Origin: Escherichia phage vB_EcoM_CRP22
Sequence record: OQ708377.1
Length of the DNA stretch: 64,000 nucleotides
Reading direction: 5' to 3' (one strand)
In this document: piece by piece, positions 9,897-15,691 of the stretch
Position numbering within the stretch: position 1 is the stretch's first letter
Layout of the letters: each line of letters starts with the position of its first letter
Made by a program: the position numbers and the translations under genes
Notes under the pieces: generated by a model
Told to the model about the DNA's origin: nothing
Seen by the model: only the letters and a program-made list of their open reading frames with translations
The model's database searches: none

Positions 9897-10014
9897 GTTC
9901 TACATAGAAACGAAATGAGAGCTTTTCTAAGATACTGAAAAATATTTTAAAAAAGTTCTTGACAACCACTAAAAAATAATGTTAAAGTGGTTACATAGAG
10001 TTTGAAAAGTTTAT

Positions 10015-10091
10015 CTCTGTTTAGCTCAGCTTGGTAGAGCGTTCCGTTTGGGGCGGTAAGGCCGGAGGTTCAAGTCCTCCAACAGAGACCA
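10015..10091 (+). tRNA. tRNA-Pro (anticodon TGG)
   Basis: 7-bp acceptor ctctgtt/aacagag, D-arm GCTCAGCTTGGTAGAGC, T-arm ggagg-ttcaagt-cctcc, CCA encoded. Confidence 0.75.
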
Positions 10092-10098
10092 AATTAAT

Positions 10099-10176
10099 GT
10101 TCCAGTAGACAAAATGGTATAGTCACCACTCTTTCAAAGTGGATATTTGAGGGTTCAAATCCCTTCTGGAACGCCA
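10099..10176 (+). tRNA. tRNA-Glu (anticodon TTC)
   Basis: Acceptor gttccag/ctggaac, anticodon stem ccact/agtgg with loop ctTTCaa, T-loop ttcaaat, CCA. Confidence 0.75.
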
Positions 10177-10267
10177 GTTTTGACAGAAGACCAATTACAG
10201 CAAGTTTAATCTTATTCATCTGACACGAAATCGGACAAAGAAGAGATTTGGTCTGGTCATTAAGAAT

Positions 10268-10344
10268 TGCGGGTATAGAGAAAGGGCGTCTCACATGTCT
10301 CATTAGCATGGTATCGGCAGGTTCGACTCCTGCACCCGCCTCCA
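10268..10344 (+). tRNA. tRNA-Met (anticodon CAT)
   Basis: Acceptor tgcgggt/acccgcc, anticodon loop ctCATta, T-arm gcagg-ttcgact-cctgc, CCA. Confidence 0.65.
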
Positions 10345-10421
10345 ATTTTGCAGAAGACCGTATTCAGCAACAAACTACTTTTTGCGGATAAAAGAAAAAA
10401 CACGGTCTGGCAATGTATTAA

Positions 10422-10497
10422 GGTTAGGAAGCACATAAGGTATGTGCGGTCGCCTGTTAAGCGAATGGCACAGGGTTCGAATCCCTGACTAACCGCA
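10422..10497 (+). tRNA. tRNA-Asn (anticodon GTT)
   Basis: Anticodon loop ctGTTaa, T-arm caggg-ttcgaat-ccctg; acceptor has one mismatch. Confidence 0.6.
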
Positions 10498-10506
10498 AAA
10501 TTAAAT

Positions 10507-10594
10507 GTGTCGTTATCCCGTAGATGGTAGCGGTGGGGACTGTAAATCCCTTGTCATTGAGACTCGGTAGGTTCGACTCCTACACGGCACACCA
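10507..10594 (+). tRNA. tRNA-Tyr (anticodon GTA), long variable arm
   Basis: Acceptor gtgtcgt/acggcac, anticodon stem gggga/tccct with loop ctGTAaa, long extra arm, T-arm gtagg-ttcgact-cctac, CCA. Confidence 0.7.
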
Positions 10595-10616
10595 ACACTT
10601 AGCGAGATACTTAGTT

Positions 10617-11045
10617 ATGAGAGATGAAGTATACAAATCACAACTTGGTATGAGTTTAGGAACTGCACAAAACAGACTAGTAAAAGATTTGCTATTCGAT
10701 TTTATATGTAAAACAAATCAAAATAGATGTTTTCAGTGCGGAAAAGAAATGACTAGGGATGATTTCTCCATCGAGCATAAGGTTCCGTGGAGACATAGTG
10801 AAAACGCAAAAGAGCTTTTCTTTTCACTGGATAATATCTCTTATAGTCATCTTAAATGTAATATGAAAGCAGCAAGACCAGCACAGATAAGTGAAAGAAA
10901 ACATAAAACAGTTGAACACGGAACTGCGTATAGCTATTACAAAGGCTGTAGATGCGAGGAGTGTAGGTTGGCTAAGAATGCTGCTAGCAGGAAGAACTAT
11001 AGCCCAGAAAGGCGTAGGAAGAAGTATTTAAGAAATGGCACATAG
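10617..11045 (+). CDS. HNH endonuclease (free-standing, inside tRNA array)
   Basis: 143 aa from internal ATG; CFQCGKEM...EHKVPW...HLKCN zinc-binding HNH-like motifs; the track ORF start at 10524 overlaps tRNA-Tyr and is rejected. Confidence 0.7.
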   Translation: MRDEVYKSQLGMSLGTAQNRLVKDLLFDFICKTNQNRCFQCGKEMTRDDFSIEHKVPWRHSENAKELFFSLDNISYSHLKCNMKAARPAQISERKHKTVEHGTAYSYYKGCRCEECRLAKNAASRKNYSPERRRKKYLRNGT

Positions 11046-11049
11046 TTTT

Positions 11050-11125
11050 GGGGTATTAGTTTAGACGGTTAAAATACGGGATTGTCTCTCCTGAGCCGCG
11101 AGTTCGATTCTCGCATACCTCGCCA
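11050..11125 (+). tRNA. tRNA-Asp (anticodon GTC)
   Basis: Acceptor ggggtat/atacctc, anticodon stem cggga/tcctg with loop ttGTCtc, T-arm gcgag-ttcgatt-ctcgc, CCA. Confidence 0.7.
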
Positions 11126-11273
11126 ATTTTGAGAGGGCTATTTAGCCCCTCCCTTAAAGAGTTATTACGAGTATTCTTTAAAGGAGCAGAAGACCAAATT
11201 CAGCAAGTTACTTAAAATTTCAAGCCAATTTAATTTTGAAAAATTTAAAACTTGGTCTGGCTTAACAAATTTA

Positions 11274-11404
11274 CAGAAGACCGTTTACAGCAAAACTTAA
11301 ACAATCTATTTCTCGGTAAAGAAAAGGCGAAGGTTCGATTCCTTCACTCGGCAGATGTCGAGTTGGTGTAATGGTAGCACTTAAGATGATAAACAACGGT
11401 CTGG
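11274..11404 (+). ncRNA. Candidate structured ncRNA: circularly permuted tRNA-like module enclosed by an 8-bp stem (possible Y-RNA/YrlA-like element)
   Basis: Linear order is stem strand agaccgtt, T-arm gaagg-ttcgatt-ccttc, acceptor 3' strand actcggc, 4-nt loop, acceptor 5' strand gtcgagt, D-arm gtgt-aatggta-gcac, stem strand aacggtct; the acceptor halves pair over 7 bp. Confidence 0.35.
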
Positions 11405-11405
11405 T

Positions 11406-11551
11406 AATTATCTTTGCAGTAGCTTATGTGGCTAATTATGTCGTCCCATGAGTGCCGATGAATTTCCTTAGCATGATTCTAGATTAGCTTAATAGGGAAT
11501 GACTCTACAGACCCTTTAGCAAGGTCTGCGTAGGTTACTGCAAAGATAATT
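11406..11551 (+). ncRNA. Candidate structured RNA domain closed by a 16-bp stem
   Basis: aattatctttgcagta (11406-11421) is the perfect reverse complement of tactgcaaagataatt (11535-11550), enclosing ~112 nt with an internal cagacc...ggtctg hairpin. Confidence 0.3.
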
Positions 11552-11555
11552 TAAT

Positions 11556-11631
11556 GGAAGTGTAGCAGAATGGTGATGCGGCAGACTTTTAATCTGACAG
11601 GCGATGGGTTCGAATCCATCCACTTCTACCA
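11556..11631 (+). tRNA. tRNA-Lys (anticodon TTT)
   Basis: Acceptor ggaagtg/cacttct, anticodon loop ctTTTaa, T-loop ttcgaat, CCA. Confidence 0.6.
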
Positions 11632-11635
11632 ATAT

Positions 11636-11712
11636 GGTTCAGTCGCAGATAAGGTAATGCAGGGGTCTCATAAGCCCTATGAATGTGGGTTCGATTCCCA
11701 TCTGAACCTCCA
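11636..11712 (+). tRNA. tRNA with anticodon CAT (Met, initiator-like, or Ile2)
   Basis: Acceptor ggttcag/ctgaacc, anticodon loop ctCATaa on a stem with three consecutive G-C pairs, T-loop ttcgatt, CCA. Confidence 0.7.
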
Positions 11713-11714
11713 AT

Positions 11715-11790
11715 GCTGTGAAAGCACATATGGATGTGCATTCGGCTGATAACCGAAAGGAAGAAGGTTCGAATCCTTCTCACAGTACCA
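11715..11790 (+). tRNA. tRNA-Ile (anticodon GAT)
   Basis: Acceptor gctgtga/tcacagt, anticodon stem ttcgg/ccgaa with loop ctGATaa, T-arm gaagg-ttcgaat-ccttc, CCA. Confidence 0.7.
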
Positions 11791-11805
11791 ATTTCAATAA
11801 AGTTG

Positions 11806-11834
11806 TTGACATTGAGATGTGACCACTTTATAGT
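11806..11834 (+). promoter_or_regulatory. sigma70-like promoter inside the tRNA array
   Basis: TTGACA - 17 nt - TATAGT, preceded by A-rich tract aaagttg. Confidence 0.5.
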
Positions 11835-12126
11835 AACTAAAATACTTCATAATATGTATAATTCAAACACCAATACATGAGTATTAGACGTAATGCAATG
11901 TGGGGAAATTTGTTGTACATATTCTGAATAGTTTTCGTTGCGTAGCGTCTATTTTGCAAATTTAAAATAAATGCAAACGACAATGTTTTTCTGGCAGTAG
12001 CTTGATAGGCTAAACACCAGTGAGGTCTTCCAATCCCTCATCAAAGAATTTGGCGTACTCGCCCACGGTATGATTAATAAGGTGGGCATCTTTAAGGGTT
12101 TTTAAGAGAGTCTTTAAAGATAATTA

Positions 12127-12208
12127 CGGGGCGTATCTCAGCTGTCTTCTAAACAGCCGTTAACCGAGTAAGTGGAGTATGCGGGTTCGAGTCCTGCCGC
12201 CTCGACCA
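12127..12208 (+). tRNA. Atypical tRNA-like gene, possibly Arg (anticodon TCT); D-arm not resolvable
   Basis: Acceptor cggggcg/cgcctcg, T-arm gcggg-ttcgagt-cctgc, CCA; clean stem gctgt/acagc with loop ctTCTaa but no canonical D-arm by eye. Confidence 0.4.
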
Positions 12209-12222
12209 ATTTTGGAGAAATC

Positions 12223-12570
12223 ATGAAAACTTGTATTAGGTGCAAACTTAGCAAGGATGAAAATGATTTCTACATGAAAGATGGTAGAAGAACTCATTCA
12301 TACTGTAAAAAGTGTGTTAATGAGCAAACCATAGAAAGACAAAGAGCACTTAAACTCTCAGCTATTGAGTACAAAGGTGGTGTTTGTCAGGATTGTGGTA
12401 AAAGGTATCATCCAGCAGTGTATGACTTCCATCATTTGAATCCTTCAGAGAAAGATTTTAACATTGCTCATAGAAGAAGTCTTAAGTTCTCTCAGGAGCT
12501 TAAGAACGAACTTGACAAATGTGTTTTGCTATGTTCAAATTGCCATAGGGTAAGACATGCAAAGTATTAG
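12223..12570 (+). CDS. HNH endonuclease (free-standing, inside tRNA array)
   Basis: 115 aa from internal ATG (MKTCIRCK...); CxxC pairs and FHHLNP...LLCSNCHRVRH HNH motif; the track start at 12172 overlaps the preceding tRNA-like gene. Confidence 0.7.
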   Translation: MKTCIRCKLSKDENDFYMKDGRRTHSYCKKCVNEQTIERQRALKLSAIEYKGGVCQDCGKRYHPAVYDFHHLNPSEKDFNIAHRRSLKFSQELKNELDKCVLLCSNCHRVRHAKY

Positions 12571-12707
12571 TTAGCAGATTGCTTAGACGACCTTATCGGG
12601 TCTCCGTGTAAGGAGGTGGTCTGTATCTCATGTTTTCCAGAACATGTAAATAATCTGAGAAGGGGCTTTACAGTGTTGAGATAATACGGTAAGCTTCGAA
12701 TTATAAT

Positions 12708-12790
12708 ATGGGACGATGTTAAGACTCTAAGGCATGAGCAACGGCTTCCAACACCGTTTCAAAGGGGTTCAACTCCTCCGTCCCATGCCA
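12708..12790 (+). tRNA. Atypical tRNA-like gene with an apparent 9-nt anticodon loop
   Basis: Perfect acceptor atgggac/gtcccat, T-loop ttcaact, CCA; best anticodon helix aacgg/ccgtt encloses cttccaaca (9 nt); D-region longer than canonical. Confidence 0.4.
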
Positions 12791-12803
12791 AAGTCTTATT
12801 AGG

Positions 12804-12893
12804 GGTAGGTAGCGGCTAATGGTAGCCAAACTGTCTTGAAAACAGTTGCCACTGTAGAGATACGGTGAGGGTTCGACTCCTTTACTTACCGCC
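12804..12893 (+). tRNA. tRNA-Ser (anticodon TGA), long variable arm
   Basis: Acceptor ggtaggt/acttacc, anticodon stem actgt/acagt with loop ctTGAaa, long variable arm, T-loop ttcgact. Confidence 0.7.
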
Positions 12894-13148
12894 TAATAAG
12901 ATTTAAAGCCAAGCTTCATTCGGATGTTGCTTTGGTATCCCTCGTGTATTGTCGTACACACTGATAAAGCACCTGGTAGGTGTCACGGAGAAGAGATAAT
13001 ATCAAGCTCTCCAAAGGTTCTAGTCACCGGATTAAACAAGACTATGCAAAGACCAATTTAGGTCTTTTTAGAGGGCTTCTAAGGTTATTACAGCTTGTTG
13101 TGGAACCTTGTTGCTTAGGTTCTTAGAAGTTCTCTAAAAAGATTTAAT

Positions 13149-13225
13149 GCACCTATAGCCCAATTGGTAGAGGCAGCAGACTTAGAATCTGTTCAGTGTG
13201 AGTTCGAATCTCTCTAGGTGTACCA
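13149..13225 (+). tRNA. tRNA with anticodon TAG (Leu-type), short variable arm
   Basis: Acceptor gcaccta/taggtgt, anticodon stem gcaga/tctgt with loop ctTAGaa, T-loop ttcgaat, A73, CCA. Confidence 0.6.
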
Positions 13226-13232
13226 AATTAAT

Positions 13233-13308
13233 GCAGGTGTAGCAAAATGGTTATGCGGCTGACTCTTAATCAGTAAGACGATGGGTTCAATTCCCTCCAC
13301 CTGTACCA
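13233..13308 (+). tRNA. tRNA-Lys (anticodon CTT)
   Basis: Acceptor gcaggtg/cacctgt, anticodon stem gctga/tcagt with loop ctCTTaa, T-loop ttcaatt (weak T-stem), CCA. Confidence 0.55.
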
Positions 13309-13314
13309 AACATT

Positions 13315-13390
13315 GGGGTCATAGTTTATATGGTTAAAATTCGAGTTTTGCAAACTTGGGAACTGAGTTCAATTCTCAGTGACTCCACCA
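13315..13390 (+). tRNA. tRNA-Ala (anticodon TGC)
   Basis: Acceptor ggggtca/tgactcc, anticodon stem cgagt/acttg with loop ttTGCaa, T-arm ctgag-ttcaatt-ctcag, CCA. Confidence 0.7.
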
Positions 13391-13396
13391 ATTAGT

Positions 13397-13471
13397 GCAT
13401 CCATAGTTTAAACGGGAAAATTACAGTCTTCCAAACTGAGGTTGAGGGTTCGATTCCCTCTGGATGCTCCA
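13397..13471 (+). tRNA. tRNA-Gly (anticodon TCC)
   Basis: Acceptor gcatcca/tggatgc, anticodon loop ctTCCaa, T-arm gaggg-ttcgatt-ccctc, CCA. Confidence 0.7.
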
Positions 13472-13478
13472 AATTAAT

Positions 13479-13555
13479 GCTGCTTTCGTATAATTGGCTA
13501 TTACACATCCCTTGTAAGGATGGAAATGCAGGTTCGAGTCCTGTGAGCAGCACCA
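13479..13555 (+). tRNA. tRNA-Thr (anticodon TGT)
   Basis: Acceptor gctgctt/gagcagc, anticodon stem catcc/ggatg with loop ctTGTaa, T-arm gcagg-ttcgagt-cctgt, CCA. Confidence 0.7.
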
Positions 13556-13651
13556 ATTCAGAGGTCAAGTGAAAGACCGCTTTGAGTCAACTGAAGACCG
13601 TAACAAATCCCACGGAGTTGAGTTAGCGGCACAACTTCAGACCTCTTTCAT

Positions 13652-13726
13652 ACTCGCTTAGTTTATATGGTAAAACATCAACCTTACAAGATGAAGAAAA
13701 AGGTTCAAGTCCTTTAGTGAGTACCA
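13652..13726 (+). tRNA. tRNA-Val (anticodon TAC)
   Basis: Acceptor actcgct/agtgagt, D-stem gttt/aaac, anticodon loop ctTACaa, T-arm aaagg-ttcaagt-ccttt, CCA. Confidence 0.65.
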
Positions 13727-13727
13727 T

Positions 13728-13805
13728 GTTCCAGTATCCCAATTGGCAGAGGATGCAAGCTCAAACCTTGTATTAGTGACGGTTCGAATCCGTCTTGGAA
13801 CACCA
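13728..13805 (+). tRNA. tRNA with anticodon CAA (Leu-type), short variable arm
   Basis: Acceptor gttccag/ttggaac, anticodon stem gcaag/cttgt with loop ctCAAac, T-arm gacgg-ttcgaat-ccgtc, A73, CCA. Confidence 0.6.
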
Positions 13806-13810
13806 ATTTT

Positions 13811-13885
13811 GCAGGATTAGTTCAAATGGATAGAGCAACAGTCTACGAAGCTGTTAATAGGGGTTCGAATCCCTTATCCTGCGCC
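13811..13885 (+). tRNA. tRNA-Arg (anticodon ACG)
   Basis: Perfect acceptor gcaggat/atcctgc, D-arm TAGTTCAAATGGATAGAGC, anticodon loop ctACGaa, T-loop ttcgaat, CCA. Confidence 0.75.
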
Positions 13886-13892
13886 AATTAAA

Positions 13893-13969
13893 TAGGGGAT
13901 TAGTTTACAAGGTTAAAACCTCGGTCTTTGAAATCGAAGAAGTTGGTTCAATTCCAACATCCCCCGCCA
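13893..13969 (+). tRNA. tRNA-Gln (anticodon TTG)
   Basis: Acceptor aggggat/atccccc (1-72 mismatch), D-stem gttt/aaac, anticodon stem tcggt/atcga with loop ctTTGaa, T-arm gttgg-ttcaatt-ccaac, CCA. Confidence 0.65.
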
Positions 13970-13971
13970 AT

Positions 13972-14050
13972 GCTCCATTACTCCAATTGGCAGAGAGGCC
14001 AGACTTAAAATCTGTGTTATGTATCGGTTCGAATCCGATATGGAGTACCA
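13972..14050 (+). tRNA. tRNA with anticodon TAA (Leu-type)
   Basis: Acceptor gctccat/atggagt, anticodon loop ctTAAaa, T-arm atcgg-ttcgaat-ccgat, A73, CCA; D-arm parse ambiguous. Confidence 0.55.
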
Positions 14051-14055
14051 AATTT

Positions 14056-14131
14056 AGCGGTATAGCATAACTGGCAATGCAGCAGTCTCTGAAGCTGTCT
14101 TATTAAGGTTCAAATCCTTATGCCGCTGCCA
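14056..14131 (+). tRNA. tRNA-Gln (anticodon CTG)
   Basis: Acceptor agcggta/tgccgct, D-stem gcat/atgc, anticodon stem gcagt/gctgt with loop ctCTGaa, T-loop ttcaaat, CCA. Confidence 0.65.
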
Positions 14132-14162
14132 CTTCTAAGGGTTCTTACGAGAGTCCTTAAAT

Positions 14163-14238
14163 GTGGCCTTATCATAAAAGGTAATGACCCATGCTGTGAA
14201 CATGGTCTATACGGGTTCAAATCCCGTAGGTCACCCCA
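14163..14238 (+). tRNA. tRNA-His (anticodon GTG)
   Basis: Acceptor gtggcct/aggtcac, anticodon stem ccatg/catgg with loop ctGTGaa, T-arm acggg-ttcaaat-cccgt, CCA. Confidence 0.7.
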
Positions 14239-14243
14239 ATTTA

Positions 14244-14320
14244 TAGTCCAAGTAGCTTATATGGTTAAAGCGCGTGTCTGAAAAACATGAGAAGAGGGTT
14301 CAAATCCCACTGGACTACCA
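14244..14320 (+). tRNA. tRNA-Phe (anticodon GAA)
   Basis: Acceptor tagtcca/tggacta, D-stem gctt/aagc, anticodon stem cgtgt/acatg with loop ctGAAaa, T-loop ttcaaat. Confidence 0.6.
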
Positions 14321-14337
14321 ATTTCAAAGGTGCTTAA

Positions 14338-15071
14338 TGAAAGAGATGACAGAACAAGGTAAGGAGATTTTTAATCTCTTAAAAACCGGTAGAGGGTTTT
14401 CTAATCCCCTTATTACTGGTGCAGCAGTTCTCGGTGGAACCGTAGCTACCTCTACATCACTTGTAAACTCTATTAGCTCTGTAACAGACCCTACAATAAA
14501 GGATAAACTTGTTGCTGCTGGACTTACAACAGTTCTGCTTAACAGCTTTACAACGAGTCTGACAAGCACTACATCAACCACTAAAACACCGACAGATTAC
14601 GGTCAAAAGTCCATTGATGAGTTTTCATCACGTATGCAGGTAGCAAAAGGATACTCTAATGTTATGGGTGCAGCAGGAGAGCAAGTTGGTTGTACACCAT
14701 TTAGTGGTATTATGGGTGTTGCTACAGAGTATGGTCAAAAAGCTATTGACACAATTAACAGTGCACTAGACGGTGTTAATGATGTATTAAGTGACTTACA
14801 AGATGCTATTGATAAAGGTCTTGATACTATTTCTGATTTAGCTAACCAAGCTGTTAGTAAGATTAATGAAGGTATTTCGAAGATTACAGCTTATGCAGAT
14901 GAAGTTGTGCAGATGATTGAAGAAGAAGCTGCCCTTATTGCAGAGTACCTTAAAACGAATATCAATGGGTTCTTAGCAGGTATCTTACCAGACTGGTTTG
15001 ACGATGCTTGTAAAACTGGTGTGATTGATACTATTGCAACACCAGAAATGAAGAACGCATTACAGAAATAA
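14338..15071 (+). CDS. hypothetical Ser/Thr-rich protein encoded inside the tRNA array
   Basis: 244 aa from internal ATG (MKEMTEQGKEIF...); the track start at 14274 overlaps tRNA-Phe; long S/T-rich region followed by a helical C-terminus. Confidence 0.45.
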
Positions 15072-15072
15072 T

Positions 15073-15165
15073 GGAAGATTAACCCTAAAAGGTAAGGGAG
15101 CAGTTTGCTAAACTGCCAGTAGCTGAGAAATCGGTGTACCAGTTCAAGTCTGGTATCTTCCTCCA
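15073..15165 (+). tRNA. tRNA-Ser (anticodon GCT), long variable arm
   Basis: Perfect acceptor ggaagat/atcttcc, anticodon stem gcagt/actgc with loop ttGCTaa, long variable arm, T-arm accag-ttcaagt-ctggt, CCA. Confidence 0.75.
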
Positions 15166-15169
15166 ATTT

Positions 15170-15245
15170 GAATCCGTGACAGAAATGGCTATGTGCCTGT
15201 CTGCAAAACAGGTTTATAAGGGTTCGAGTCCCTTCGGATTCTCCA
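15170..15245 (+). tRNA. tRNA-Cys (anticodon GCA)
   Basis: Perfect acceptor gaatccg/cggattc, anticodon stem cctgt/acagg with loop ctGCAaa, T-arm aaggg-ttcgagt-ccctt, CCA. Confidence 0.75.
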
Positions 15246-15284
15246 AGTTATTTTACTCTCTCTCTCAATTAAAATAATAATAAT

Positions 15285-15345
15285 GCCCTGCTATAAGTAT
15301 TCTTCCTTTCGCTACCGAAGAGTATTTTTAGACAGGGCTTTTTTA
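15285..15345 (+). terminator. Rho-independent terminator with nested hairpin, after tRNA array
   Basis: gccctg ... cagggc followed by TTTTTT. Confidence 0.5.
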
Positions 15346-15409
15346 CAGAGTTATACTTTATAAGAAGACTTATACAGTATGTCTCTGACGTACATTGTGG
15401 TTTCTCCTT

Positions 15410-15433
15410 GACGGTCTCTGTACCGTCTTTTTT
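15410..15433 (+). terminator. Rho-independent terminator
   Basis: gacggt-ctctgt-accgtc followed by TTTTTT. Confidence 0.6.
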
Positions 15434-15469
15434 AAGGAGAAACATAATTAATTATTTGGAGAAAACATA

Positions 15470-15670
15470 ATGAGTGAGACCGTTTATAAAGAACTTTATG
15501 AAGCTAACAAAAAGCTGGAATTTATGCAGAACACTATCATGGCAATTGCAGACAGATTATCTGTAGCAACAGGTATTGATATTAAAGAGGCATCTATGGA
15601 TGCGCTTCTTGATGCTGTTGATGCTAAATTCGAAGTTAAGAAAGAAGAGACTGCTACAGACTCTGAATAA
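15470..15670 (+). CDS. hypothetical small protein upstream of large terminase
   Basis: 66 aa; ATG preceded by GGAGAAA; position is compatible with a small terminase subunit but the size is atypical. Confidence 0.4.
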   Translation: MSETVYKELYEANKKLEFMQNTIMAIADRLSVATGIDIKEASMDALLDAVDAKFEVKKEETATDSE

Positions 15671-15691
15671 TTCTATTTGCGGAGGTGCTTA

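Noticed and set aside
10094-10345. 83-aa minus-strand ORF
   Set aside because: Lies entirely over tRNA-Glu, hairpin spacer and tRNA-Met on the opposite strand; composed of tRNA complement sequence; no RBS
11329-11380. Reading the T-arm at 11329-11352 and the D-arm at 11357-11380 as parts of two ordinary adjacent tRNA genes
   Set aside because: No acceptor 5' strand or D-arm exists within 90 nt upstream of the T-arm, and no anticodon arm or T-arm follows the D-arm within 90 nt; the two acceptor halves instead pair with each other, so it is reported as a permuted tRNA-like element
11589-11783. 64-aa minus-strand ORF
   Set aside because: Overlaps three consecutive tRNA genes on the plus strand; spurious
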